Positions 47,067 through 55,526 of a stretch of 64,000 nucleotides of DNA are shown here, one piece after another (positions within the stretch are counted from its first letter, which is position 1; every line of letters starts with the position of its first letter). Both the position numbers and the translations under genes were made by a program. The notes below the pieces were generated by a model. It was not told the DNA's origin. It did not search any database and saw only the letters and a list, made by a program, of their open reading frames with translations. Source of the DNA: Christensenellales bacterium (lineage in GTDB: Bacteria > Bacillota > Clostridia > Christensenellales > CAG-917); the NCBI GenBank assembly GCA_045130665.1, contig JBGUQC010000004.1, positions 206,089 to 270,088 of the forward strand, read 5' to 3'.

Positions 47067-48503
47067 TTATTTTCTCAAGCCGGCTGCTAATTTTACGCAT
47101 TCGTATGCGCCATCATAGTAACCAGTCTTTTTGAGTTCATCAATTCTGTCAATCATGTGAACGAGAATTTCTTTGTCAGATAATAATCTGTCAAACATTG
47201 CGTTGATAGACTCTGCTGTTGGACATTCAAATGTTGAATCTCCTTTTTCTCTTCCGTTGATTGCACCATATACTTCGTGTCCACCAATGTGCTTCATAAA
47301 TACCTTTGGAATTGGATAGTATGCAAGCTCACTTGGTTTTGTTACTAATATATCTGTTACAGGCATGAATAAGTTTGTTGAATAAACTGCTTGGAAGATA
47401 TCGTTGTTACAGAATGCGTATACACCCTTAACATCTTTTTCTCTAATATCTTTTGCAAATGCCTTTAACTTGTCATATTCGTTGAAGAAATTAGTTGTTT
47501 CAAATCCACCTAATGCTTCATTTAATTTATGGTAGATACCTTCATGATCACCAAAGTTAATAAAGAGAGCAACTTTGCCTTCGTTTACATATGGGATTAA
47601 GTGCTTAATCATAGCAACATACATATCAAATCCAGCACCTGCACCACCAACTGTCATTAAGATACGGATTGGCTTACCATTTTCAATACGGTCTTTTCTA
47701 AGTTTGTTGTCTTCTTCAAGATTTACTAATAACTCGTGGTCTACAAAGCAACCAACCATCTTTAATTGGTCCTCTGGAATACCGTTTAATGGCTTCTTGT
47801 CAAATCCGTTTAACATCTTGTATCCAAGGTATGCGAATGGAGTTTGTACTGTATGGATAGCACCTTCAGATAAATGTAATCCCATTGGCCAGTTGTCTGG
47901 AATTGCATTAACAACATTGGTCATTCCTGCATGAATTGCGCCTTGAGATGGCCAAACATGTGTTGCAATATATGGAATATCCTTTGGAATGTTTCTGAAA
48001 ATAGGAACTAATAATTCACTATTCTTTTGGTCTTTTGCATTGTAGCTGATCTTCTTGAATCCTTCACTATTTAATGGTTCCCAAACAAGCTTGTTGAATA
48101 ACTTGGACTTTTGACTGATACGAGATGCAAGTGAATATAAATCATTTTGTTCTCTAATCATTTTTGAACCAGTAGCATCAAAAGATGCTAAGTCTAACCA
48201 ATATGGCTTGAAACCTAATGCTCTAGCACAGGATGCCATAGCAATAGAAATACGGTAGTGACCAAAGCCCATTCTGATATTACCAACGATTAATGCTTTT
48301 GGATCAAATTCAGCATTTTCCTCGCCGAATACGATATTGCTTGCACCGATAAAGTCTAAGGTGTCAATATCCTTGAAACCAATCTTGTAATCTTTGTCAG
48401 AATCATCACCATATTTCTTGATGAACTTTTGCTTGGACTTTTCTGCTGCCTTAATTGTCTTGCTGTCCATTGGATTGTTGAAAATCATTGAAGTCTTATC
48501 CAT
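47067..48503 (-). CDS. GT-B glycosyltransferase, MGDG-synthase/UgtP (GT28)-like; tentative
   Basis: N-terminal GNIRMGFGHYR, central TVGGAGAG, C-terminal VTKPSELAYYPIP..GGHEVYGA resembles the TKPGG...GQE..N pattern. Confidence 0.5.
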   Translation of the reverse strand: MDKTSMIFNNPMDSKTIKAAEKSKQKFIKKYGDDSDKDYKIGFKDIDTLDFIGASNIVFGEENAEFDPKALIVGNIRMGFGHYRISIAMASCARALGFKPYWLDLASFDATGSKMIREQNDLYSLASRISQKSKLFNKLVWEPLNSEGFKKISYNAKDQKNSELLVPIFRNIPKDIPYIATHVWPSQGAIHAGMTNVVNAIPDNWPMGLHLSEGAIHTVQTPFAYLGYKMLNGFDKKPLNGIPEDQLKMVGCFVDHELLVNLEEDNKLRKDRIENGKPIRILMTVGGAGAGFDMYVAMIKHLIPYVNEGKVALFINFGDHEGIYHKLNEALGGFETTNFFNEYDKLKAFAKDIREKDVKGVYAFCNNDIFQAVYSTNLFMPVTDILVTKPSELAYYPIPKVFMKHIGGHEVYGAINGREKGDSTFECPTAESINAMFDRLLSDKEILVHMIDRIDELKKTGYYDGAYECVKLAAGLRK

Positions 48504-48527
48504 AGTTTTATCCCTTTATATTTATCT

Positions 48528-49127
48528 TTATTTTGTTTTCTTTAATTTATATATAATAGTATCTATAAGCATTTCTACTTCTTGCTTTCCAAATGTGTCT
48601 TGCTTTAATACAACACTGTCTTTTGTTAATTTCTTGCAAAGTCCCATTAAAGCATGAGTAGTTGTTAAATAGAAAAGTTGAATGTTATCAATTTTGTTAA
48701 TGGTTTTATCTATTAATCCACGCTCATAAGCATCTAAATAAACCTCCATATATGGAAGTAATGAATATTCATATTCCTCTAAAGAACTATCTTCATAAAC
48801 CATAGTGTCAAAATCAGAGATAAATCTGTAATATTCTGGGTGTTCTTCGTAAATCTTTAAGAAGTTATTATAGAATGCTTCCATCATGCTAATTCCATTT
48901 GCTGTATCATCTAAGTCGAAATACTTGTTCTGTAAATCATTGGCCATTGATTGTGCTGCGAGCATAACAAGATTTTGCTTTGTTGTGAAATGACGATAAA
49001 TTGTAGCCTCACCTACACCAACTTCTTTAGCAATATCTTTTAAAGTTACGCTTTCAATTCCTTTAGATAAAAATAATTGAGATGCAACTGAAACAATATA
49101 ATCAATTTTAGCTTGTTTAATACTCAT
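48528..49127 (-). CDS. TetR/AcrR family transcriptional regulator
   Basis: HTH TLKDIAKEVGVGEATIYRHFTTKQNL. Confidence 0.85.
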   Translation of the reverse strand: MSIKQAKIDYIVSVASQLFLSKGIESVTLKDIAKEVGVGEATIYRHFTTKQNLVMLAAQSMANDLQNKYFDLDDTANGISMMEAFYNNFLKIYEEHPEYYRFISDFDTMVYEDSSLEEYEYSLLPYMEVYLDAYERGLIDKTINKIDNIQLFYLTTTHALMGLCKKLTKDSVVLKQDTFGKQEVEMLIDTIIYKLKKTK

Positions 49128-49140
49128 ATTTCCCTCTTTA

Positions 49141-49157
49141 TGATAGTTAATCTATCA
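49141..49157. promoter_or_regulatory. Palindromic operator 1: TGATAG-N5-CTATCA
   Basis: Read directly; lies between the predicted tetR TSS and its SD. Confidence 0.55.
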
Positions 49158-49160
49158 AAA

Positions 49161-49177
49161 TGATAGTCCATCTATCA
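49161..49177. promoter_or_regulatory. Palindromic operator 2: TGATAG-N5-CTATCA
   Basis: Second copy, centres 20 nt apart. Confidence 0.55.
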
Positions 49178-49179
49178 AA

Positions 49180-49208
49180 ATAATACATTATATATATAAT
49201 ACTGTCAA
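49180..49208 (-). promoter_or_regulatory. Promoter TTGACA-17-TATTAT of the tetR-glycosyltransferase operon
   Basis: Minus strand: TTGACA gtattatatatataatg TATTAT. Confidence 0.5.
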
Positions 49209-49224
49209 TACCTATTTTTTAATC

Positions 49225-49253
49225 TTGAAAGAATATATGTGCTTTGATATAAT
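49225..49253 (+). promoter_or_regulatory. Promoter TTGAAA-17-(TGa)TATAAT of the esterase gene
   Basis: Read directly. Confidence 0.5.
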
Positions 49254-49289
49254 CAAATATACAAAAATACATTATTTAAGGGGTTTTTT

Positions 49290-50231
49290 ATGGCATCTAT
49301 TCGCGCAAAGATAGGCAGATTTTTAGTTTGGAATGTTATGAACATGAATCCTGCAACTGGCAAAAAGAACATGGTTCAAGTATGTTCCATGATATCTAAC
49401 AACAAATTACAAACAAAAAAAGGTTATTCTCTTACTCAAGAAACGACTCCAGATGGAATTAGATTTGTACGTGTTAAACCAAATGAAGGTACATCAGATA
49501 AATTAGTTTTATACTTCCATGGCGGCGGTTATGCAGCTGGATTATCCAAAGACTATTATGTAAAGAATGCAGACTATTGTAAGGCTGCAGGTCCTGGTGT
49601 TCAAGCTATATTATTAGACTATGATTTAGCACCAGAATACACTTATCCAGTTCAACATGATCAAGGTATGGCTATTTGGAAATATGTAACCGAAGTTGAA
49701 GGTTTCAAGCCAGAAAACATTATTCTAGGCGGAGATTCTGCTGGTGGTAACCTTGTTTTATCATGTATGTTACAACTCAGAGATGAAGGCAAACCACTAC
49801 CAAGAGCATTATTCTTAATCTCACCATGGACAGATATGGTTGGTGTTGGCCAAAGTTATATAGACAACTACAATATTGACCCACTATTCGGAGACAAGAA
49901 AGCAAAATTAGATGATGAATTAAAAGAAAAATTATTAGAAAGCGAAATGTATAGCTTCTGTCTTGGAAAAGATAGAAAGAATCCATATATATCTCCAGTA
50001 CTCGGAGATTATGAAGGATTCCCAACAACTCTCTTTACAGTTGGTGGGGCAGAAATACTATTAGATGATACACGTATTATTGCAAAGAATATGGAAAGCC
50101 ATGGAATTAAGACAAAGGTTATATCTCATGAATTAATGTTCCATATCTACCCACTCTATACAGGTATATTCCCAGAAAGTACAGCAGCATTCAAAGAAAT
50201 CTTGGCTTTCATTAAAGAACAAATGCAATAA
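49290..50231 (+). CDS. Alpha/beta hydrolase, hormone-sensitive-lipase-type esterase
   Basis: Oxyanion HGGGY, nucleophile elbow GDSAGG. Confidence 0.85.
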   Translation: MASIRAKIGRFLVWNVMNMNPATGKKNMVQVCSMISNNKLQTKKGYSLTQETTPDGIRFVRVKPNEGTSDKLVLYFHGGGYAAGLSKDYYVKNADYCKAAGPGVQAILLDYDLAPEYTYPVQHDQGMAIWKYVTEVEGFKPENIILGGDSAGGNLVLSCMLQLRDEGKPLPRALFLISPWTDMVGVGQSYIDNYNIDPLFGDKKAKLDDELKEKLLESEMYSFCLGKDRKNPYISPVLGDYEGFPTTLFTVGGAEILLDDTRIIAKNMESHGIKTKVISHELMFHIYPLYTGIFPESTAAFKEILAFIKEQMQ

Positions 50232-50251
50232 ATTGTTAACAACTTGATCTC

Positions 50252-50287
50252 AAGACCACTGCAAATACCGTAGTGGTCTTATTTTTT
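50252..50287 (+). terminator. Terminator after the esterase gene
   Basis: AAGACCACT-11 nt-AGTGGTCTT + aTTTTTT. Confidence 0.75.
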
Positions 50288-50475
50288 GTAAAAAATTTTT
50301 ATCCACAATTCAAATGTATAAATAATTATTGATTTATAAAAAATAATTATTCAAAAGGCTTATTTTATACAAAATTGAGTAATATTCACGAATAAATAAT
50401 ACAACATAGTGTAATTAGACCTTTCCAAAAACCACAATATCTAGTATTTTTTGCAAAAAAATATGTGGAAAACTA

Positions 50476-50504
50476 TTGCCGAGTAAAAAAATCTATGTTA
50501 TTAT
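50476..50504 (+). promoter_or_regulatory. Promoter TTGCCG-17-(TGt)TATTAT with extended -10
   Basis: Read directly, about 205 nt upstream of the permease ATG. Confidence 0.45.
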
Positions 50505-50618
50505 ACTTTCAGTATATAAAATAGTTATTAAGAAAACTTATTGCAAAAGCAATTAACTATGAAAAGAGAGATTATTACAAAAATCGACTTGTTCGATCAT
50601 AAAAACATGTAACTTAAC

Positions 50619-50660
50619 GAGTACTCAAATGCATTCGCAATTGAAGTACTCATTTTTTTT
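50619..50660 (+). terminator. Intrinsic terminator inside the 5' leader of the nucleobase permease (attenuator candidate)
   Basis: GAGTACT...AGTACTC outer stem plus inner CAA-TGC/GCA-TTG pairs, followed by T8; 48 nt before the ATG. Confidence 0.65.
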
Positions 50661-50708
50661 AGATAGAACAAAACAAAAGGTGCGTAAAACGCGCATAGGA
50701 GGATTTAT

Positions 50709-52238
50709 ATGAAACTTATTTATCAAGTCAGTGACAAACCACCTATTGGGAAATTGTTGGTTTTCTCATTGCAACAATTATTAGCAATTATTACAGCAAC
50801 AATCGTTGTTCCAGTAATTGTTAATGGCGCTATTGGTGAAAAAGTATTAGACTCCGCTGCCGCATTATTAGGTGCAGGTTTCGGTACATTAACATACTTA
50901 CTCTTCACTAAATTTAAGAGCCCAGTATTCTTAGGAAGCTCATTTGCATTCATTTCACCATTAATTGGTGCATGTGCATTTGGATACTTTGGAGTTTTAC
51001 TTGGTGCAGCTTTTGCAGCAGCAGCTTATGTTGTTCTTGCAATCATCATCAAATTTGCAGGTACAAAATGGGTTAACAAGCTCATGCCACCAGTTGTTAT
51101 CGGACCAACAGTTGCTCTTATCGGATTATCACTCGCTGGAAATGCAGTTGGTGATTTACAATCCATTTCAGGAGGCCCACTTGCTGGATCTTACAACTTA
51201 GTAGCAATCTTCATTGGTTTATTCACATTCTTCGTAATCGTCTTCTGTTCTGTAAAGGGCAACAAGACAATGAAGTTAATCCCATTCGTTATTGGTATTC
51301 TTTGCGGTTATGCACTCGCAGGATTCTTCTCAATCTTCGGATATGCATGCAAAGTTGATTACCTCAAGATTATCGACTTCTCTGCATTAGTCAATAACTT
51401 CAAACCAATCGGTATCACAAGTTTCTTAAATTACCCAGACTTCACATTCTTACATGCAGATAAGGCATTAACAGCTTCAGGTGCTGCAAATATTGCATTG
51501 CTCTATATCCCAGTATCATTAGTTGTTTTCGCAGAACATATCGCAGACCATAAGAATATTTCATCTATTATCGAAAAAGACTTATTAGTAGACCCAGGCT
51601 TACACCGTACATTACTCGGTGATGGTATTGGTTCATTTGTAGGTTCTGTATTCGGTGGATGTCCAAATACAACATACGGCGAATCAATTGGTTGTGTAGC
51701 TATCACAAAGAACGCTTCTGTAGTATCAATCTTCGGTGCTGCATGTATGGCAATTGTTCTTTCATTCATCTCACCAGTTATCGCATTCATTAATACAATC
51801 CCAAGCTGTGTAATGGGTGGTGTTTGCTTATCACTCTACGGCTTCATCGCAGTATCAGGTCTCAACATGATCAAGAACGTAGACCTCGGCGAAAGCAAGA
51901 ACTTATTCACAGTTTCTTCTATCTTAATCGCAGGTATTGGTGGATTATCTCTCCAATTCGGTCTCGCAACAAAGGGACAAGCAATTATCACAATCACATC
52001 TATTGCAACAGCATTAATCATCGGTATCATCGTAAATATTGCATTCTCAAACAAGAAAGACAAACAAGCTGATCCAGATGCAGTTGGTGATAGCGCAGCA
52101 AGCGGAAATGCAGCTGCAGCAAGAGATGTTGCAGATGAAGAAGCAGCTGAGGCAAAAGCTGAAGAAGAAAAGACTGAAGAAGTTTTCGAAGACGCTCCAG
52201 CAGAAGAAGCAGCTGAAGAAAAGAAAGACGAAGAATAA
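50709..52238 (+). CDS. NCS2 family nucleobase:cation symporter (uracil/xanthine permease-like) with ~60-aa acidic C-terminal tail
   Basis: SDKPPIGKLLVFSLQQLLAIITATIVVP, NTTYGESIG motifs; SD AGGAGG. Confidence 0.85.
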   Translation: MKLIYQVSDKPPIGKLLVFSLQQLLAIITATIVVPVIVNGAIGEKVLDSAAALLGAGFGTLTYLLFTKFKSPVFLGSSFAFISPLIGACAFGYFGVLLGAAFAAAAYVVLAIIIKFAGTKWVNKLMPPVVIGPTVALIGLSLAGNAVGDLQSISGGPLAGSYNLVAIFIGLFTFFVIVFCSVKGNKTMKLIPFVIGILCGYALAGFFSIFGYACKVDYLKIIDFSALVNNFKPIGITSFLNYPDFTFLHADKALTASGAANIALLYIPVSLVVFAEHIADHKNISSIIEKDLLVDPGLHRTLLGDGIGSFVGSVFGGCPNTTYGESIGCVAITKNASVVSIFGAACMAIVLSFISPVIAFINTIPSCVMGGVCLSLYGFIAVSGLNMIKNVDLGESKNLFTVSSILIAGIGGLSLQFGLATKGQAIITITSIATALIIGIIVNIAFSNKKDKQADPDAVGDSAASGNAAAARDVADEEAAEAKAEEEKTEEVFEDAPAEEAAEEKKDEE

Positions 52239-52262
52239 TTCGTAGAATTATAAAGTCATAAT

Positions 52263-52296
52263 AAAAGGGCGATAGAATTAACTACCGCCCTTTTTT
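52263..52296. terminator. Bidirectional terminator
   Basis: aaaaGGGCGatagaattaactacCGCCCtttttt. Confidence 0.65.
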
Positions 52297-52311
52297 ATTA
52301 GTAAAAAATTA

Positions 52312-53223
52312 TTATAGTTTGTATGGAGTTACTTGGTATACGTAATAGTTCAACCAGTTGTAGAAAAGTAGATTTGCTGTGGACTTCCACTTCATATCAA
52401 CATCTTCTAAATCTTCACCACATGTTGGTGTGAAATAGTTAACTGGCTTCTCAATTGGTAAGCCTTTGTTTAAATCTCTAATATACTCGTTTCTTAATGT
52501 GTATCTATCATACTCTGAATGACCAGTAAAGAAGAAAGACTTATTGTCATGAGTCTTACAAATAGCAATACCTGCTTCTTTAGATCTTGCTAATATCTTT
52601 AATTCACTGCAATTTTCAATTGCTTCTTGGTCTGCTTCGGTATGTCTAGAATTAGGAATGTAGAACGTATCATCCATTCCTTTTAAGAGCATATCATTTT
52701 GTTGTGCTGCTTCAACAGGGAAAATACCAAACAATTTCTTGTCTAGTAATTTCTTACCAATTCCGAAGAAATGGTATAAGCCTGCTTGTGCTCCCCAACA
52801 AATGTAGATAGTACTTGTAACATTATTGTTAGCATAGTCCATAATCTTTACAAGTTCGTCCCAGTATTGAACTTCTTCAAATGCAATTTGTTCAACTGGA
52901 GCACCTGTTATTATCATGCCGTCAAACTTTCTGTCTTTGATTTTATCAAAGGTCTGGTAAAATCTTTCCATATGGTCATCAGATACATGCGTAGGCTTGT
53001 AAGTGGCCGTTTGAAGGAATGTAACATTAACTTGTAAAGGAGAATTACCCAATAATCTAAGTAATTGGGTTTCTGTCTCTACTTTAGTAGGCATGAGATT
53101 AAGAACTAATACTTCAATTGGACGAATATCTTGAGATATAGATCTCTTTTCATCCATTACGAAGATCTTTTCAGATCTTAATCTTTCATACGCTGGTAAC
53201 TCTCTTGGTATAATAATTGGCAT
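52312..53223 (-). CDS. metA: Homoserine O-acyltransferase (MetA family)
   Basis: MPIIIPRELPA..., LNLMP, typical MetA/HTS N-terminus; 303 aa. Confidence 0.9.
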   Translation of the reverse strand: MPIIIPRELPAYERLRSEKIFVMDEKRSISQDIRPIEVLVLNLMPTKVETETQLLRLLGNSPLQVNVTFLQTATYKPTHVSDDHMERFYQTFDKIKDRKFDGMIITGAPVEQIAFEEVQYWDELVKIMDYANNNVTSTIYICWGAQAGLYHFFGIGKKLLDKKLFGIFPVEAAQQNDMLLKGMDDTFYIPNSRHTEADQEAIENCSELKILARSKEAGIAICKTHDNKSFFFTGHSEYDRYTLRNEYIRDLNKGLPIEKPVNYFTPTCGEDLEDVDMKWKSTANLLFYNWLNYYVYQVTPYKL

Positions 53224-53235
53224 ATATTACTCCGT

Positions 53236-54519
53236 TTATATCTTACTTAATGCTTGCTCTACGTCTTCAATTAAATCTTCTATGTTTTCAATACCACATG
53301 ATAATCTAATTAATTCTGGAGAGATTCCGCATTCTCTTAATTGTTCGTCTGTTAATTGACGATGTGTTGCACTTGCTGGATGTAAACAACAAGATTTTGC
53401 ATCTGCTACGTGAGTTTCAATGTTAATAACTTTAAGTTCTTTCATGAATGCTTCACATGCTTTTCTTCCGCCCTTGAGACCAAAGCTTACTACACCGCAA
53501 CTTCCCTTTGGTAAATACTTTTGAGCTAGCTCATAGTATTTGTCTCCCTTTAAGCTTGGATATACAACCCATGCAATCTTTGGATTGTTTGCAAGGTATT
53601 CAGCCATCTTTTGTCCGTTGTAGCAATGTCTTTCCATTCTTACATGTAAGCTCTCTAAACCAAGGTTTAGATAGTATGCATGTTGTGGAGATTGAATTGC
53701 GCCAAAGTCTCTCATTAATTGTGCTGTAGCCTTTGTGATGAATGCACCTTCTTTCCCAAACTTCTTTGCATATGTGATTCCATGATAACTATCATCTGGA
53801 GTACATAATCCTGGGAATTTATCTGCATGTGCCATCCAATCAAACTTACCTGCATCAATAATTGCTCCACCAACGCAACCGCCATGTCCATCTAAGTACT
53901 TGGTTGTTGAATGTGTAACAATATCTGCACCCCATTCAATTGGTCTACAATTAATTGGTGTTGCGAATGTGTTATCTATAATGAATGGTACACCATGCTT
54001 GTGTGCTGCATTTGCAAATTTCTCTATATCACAAACAGCTAATGCTGGGTTTGCTATTGTTTCACCGAATACACACTTTGTATTTGGCTTGAAAGCCTTA
54101 TCTAACTCTTCTGGTGTAATCATTGGATCTACGAATGTAAATTCAATACCCATCTTCTTCATTGTTACAGCGAATAAATTGAATGTTCCACCGTAAATTG
54201 TTGAAGTTGAAATGACATGGTCTCCTTCGTTTGCAAGGTTAAATACTGCAAAGAAGTTAGCTGCTTGGCCTGAAGATGTTAACATTCCAGCTGTACCACC
54301 TTCTAATTGTGTAAGTTTAGCTGCAACTAAATCATTTGTAGGATTTTGAAGTCTGGTATAGAAATAACCAGATGCTTCTAAATCAAAGAGTTTTGCCATA
54401 TCTTCAGAAGTATCATATTTGAATGTAGTACTTTGATAGATTGGGATTTGTCTTGGTTCACCATTCTTTGGGATGTAACCGCCTTGAATACAAACTGTTT
54501 CGATTCTTTGTTTTTTCAT
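53236..54519 (-). CDS. metY: O-acetylhomoserine sulfhydrylase (aminocarboxypropyltransferase)
   Basis: PLP lysine context HSTTKYLDGHG; 427 aa. Confidence 0.9.
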   Translation of the reverse strand: MKKQRIETVCIQGGYIPKNGEPRQIPIYQSTTFKYDTSEDMAKLFDLEASGYFYTRLQNPTNDLVAAKLTQLEGGTAGMLTSSGQAANFFAVFNLANEGDHVISTSTIYGGTFNLFAVTMKKMGIEFTFVDPMITPEELDKAFKPNTKCVFGETIANPALAVCDIEKFANAAHKHGVPFIIDNTFATPINCRPIEWGADIVTHSTTKYLDGHGGCVGGAIIDAGKFDWMAHADKFPGLCTPDDSYHGITYAKKFGKEGAFITKATAQLMRDFGAIQSPQHAYYLNLGLESLHVRMERHCYNGQKMAEYLANNPKIAWVVYPSLKGDKYYELAQKYLPKGSCGVVSFGLKGGRKACEAFMKELKVINIETHVADAKSCCLHPASATHRQLTDEQLRECGISPELIRLSCGIENIEDLIEDVEQALSKI

Positions 54520-54532
54520 GTTTTACCTCGAT

Positions 54533-54985
54533 TTAATAATCACTAGATTGTCTATCTATTGTTCTTTGTATGTCTTTTTGCTTTAAAGACTCTCTCTTAT
54601 CATAAGTTTTCTTACCCCTACAAAGGCCAAGTTCAACCTTAACTAGAGAACCTTTAAAATATAATCTTAATGGAACAAGAGTTATACCCTTTTGAGTTAC
54701 CTTTGTATAAAGTCTTTTAATTTCAGCTTTGTGTAAAAGTAACTTTCTGTCCTTTCTTGGATTTTGGTTGAAATAGCTGCCCTTTGAATATGGTGCAATG
54801 TAAGCATTAATTAGAAAGATCTCGTTATTCTTAATTTGTGCATAACTATCTTTTAAATTAGCTTCGCTATTTCTAAGACTTTTTACCTCTGAGCCTACCA
54901 ATTGGATTCCACATTCATAAGAATCATCAACGTAATAGTCATGATAAGCCTTTTTATTCGTGGTAATAGTCTTCTCTTTTTCCAT
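54533..54985 (-). CDS. smpB: SsrA-binding protein
   Basis: NKKAYHDY, GSEVKSLR, and a basic tail typical of SmpB. Confidence 0.95.
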   Translation of the reverse strand: MEKEKTITTNKKAYHDYYVDDSYECGIQLVGSEVKSLRNSEANLKDSYAQIKNNEIFLINAYIAPYSKGSYFNQNPRKDRKLLLHKAEIKRLYTKVTQKGITLVPLRLYFKGSLVKVELGLCRGKKTYDKRESLKQKDIQRTIDRQSSDY

Positions 54986-55044
54986 AATATTTTATTATAC
55001 CTTACATATCTTATTTGTGTAAACATTTTATTGTTTAAACAAAT

Positions 55045-55073
55045 AAAAACGGACCCCTTTATTAGGAGCCCGT
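55045..55073 (-). terminator. Terminator after secG
   Basis: Minus strand: ACGGGCTCCtaataaaGGGGTCCGT + TTTTATTT. Confidence 0.6.
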
Positions 55074-55095
55074 TCTAAATAATCTTATTTGTTTC

Positions 55096-55410
55096 TTATT
55101 TAATCAACATTACTATTGAAACGATGATTGCACAAACAAGGATGAAAGCAAAAAGTACAAATGTTGCTATTTTTAGTCTTTGCTCGTTTGTCTTTGCCTT
55201 GTTCTTTCCATAGAATGTATCTGATTGTCCAGAAATAGCTCCAACATTGTCATTCGTTCCTTTTTGCATCAAAACGATGACAATTATAGCAATTGCTGCT
55301 AATGTCATCATAACTAAAAAAGCTGTTTGTACTGCTTGACGAGTCTCATATGGAATTGATCCTGCGACATCGTTAGCTGCGTTTAATAAAGTTAAAAACT
55401 TGCTAAACAT
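55096..55410 (-). CDS. secG: Preprotein translocase subunit SecG
   Basis: Two TMs flanking LMQKGTNDNVGAISG; ATG 55410 with SD GGAGGAG. Confidence 0.75.
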   Translation of the reverse strand: MFSKFLTLLNAANDVAGSIPYETRQAVQTAFLVMMTLAAIAIIVIVLMQKGTNDNVGAISGQSDTFYGKNKAKTNEQRLKIATFVLFAFILVCAIIVSIVMLIK

Positions 55411-55526
55411 CTTTTGCTCCTCCATTTTTTTCGTAAGTGAGATTTTAACACACAATAATTTAAAAGACAAGTATATTTTTATATAACTTGAATAATATTT
55501 AATTTTATAATAAAATTCTATAAGTA

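Noticed and set aside
50559-50612. 17-codon leader ORF (MKREIITKIDLFDHKNM) ending 7 nt before the leader terminator
   Set aside because: There is no Shine-Dalgarno sequence upstream and no run of regulatory codons. It is not reported as a gene, though ribosome profiling could revisit it.
50511-50708. Purine riboswitch or PyrR attenuator upstream of the NCS2 permease
   Set aside because: I could not match the purine-riboswitch core or the UCCAGAGAGG PyrR box. It is kept only as an unclassified leader (see findings).
54986-55095. tmRNA (ssrA) adjacent to smpB
   Set aside because: The flanks of smpB are a 13-nt junction to metY and a 110-nt AT-rich spacer holding only the secG terminator. There is no tRNA-like acceptor/T-arm or tag ORF.
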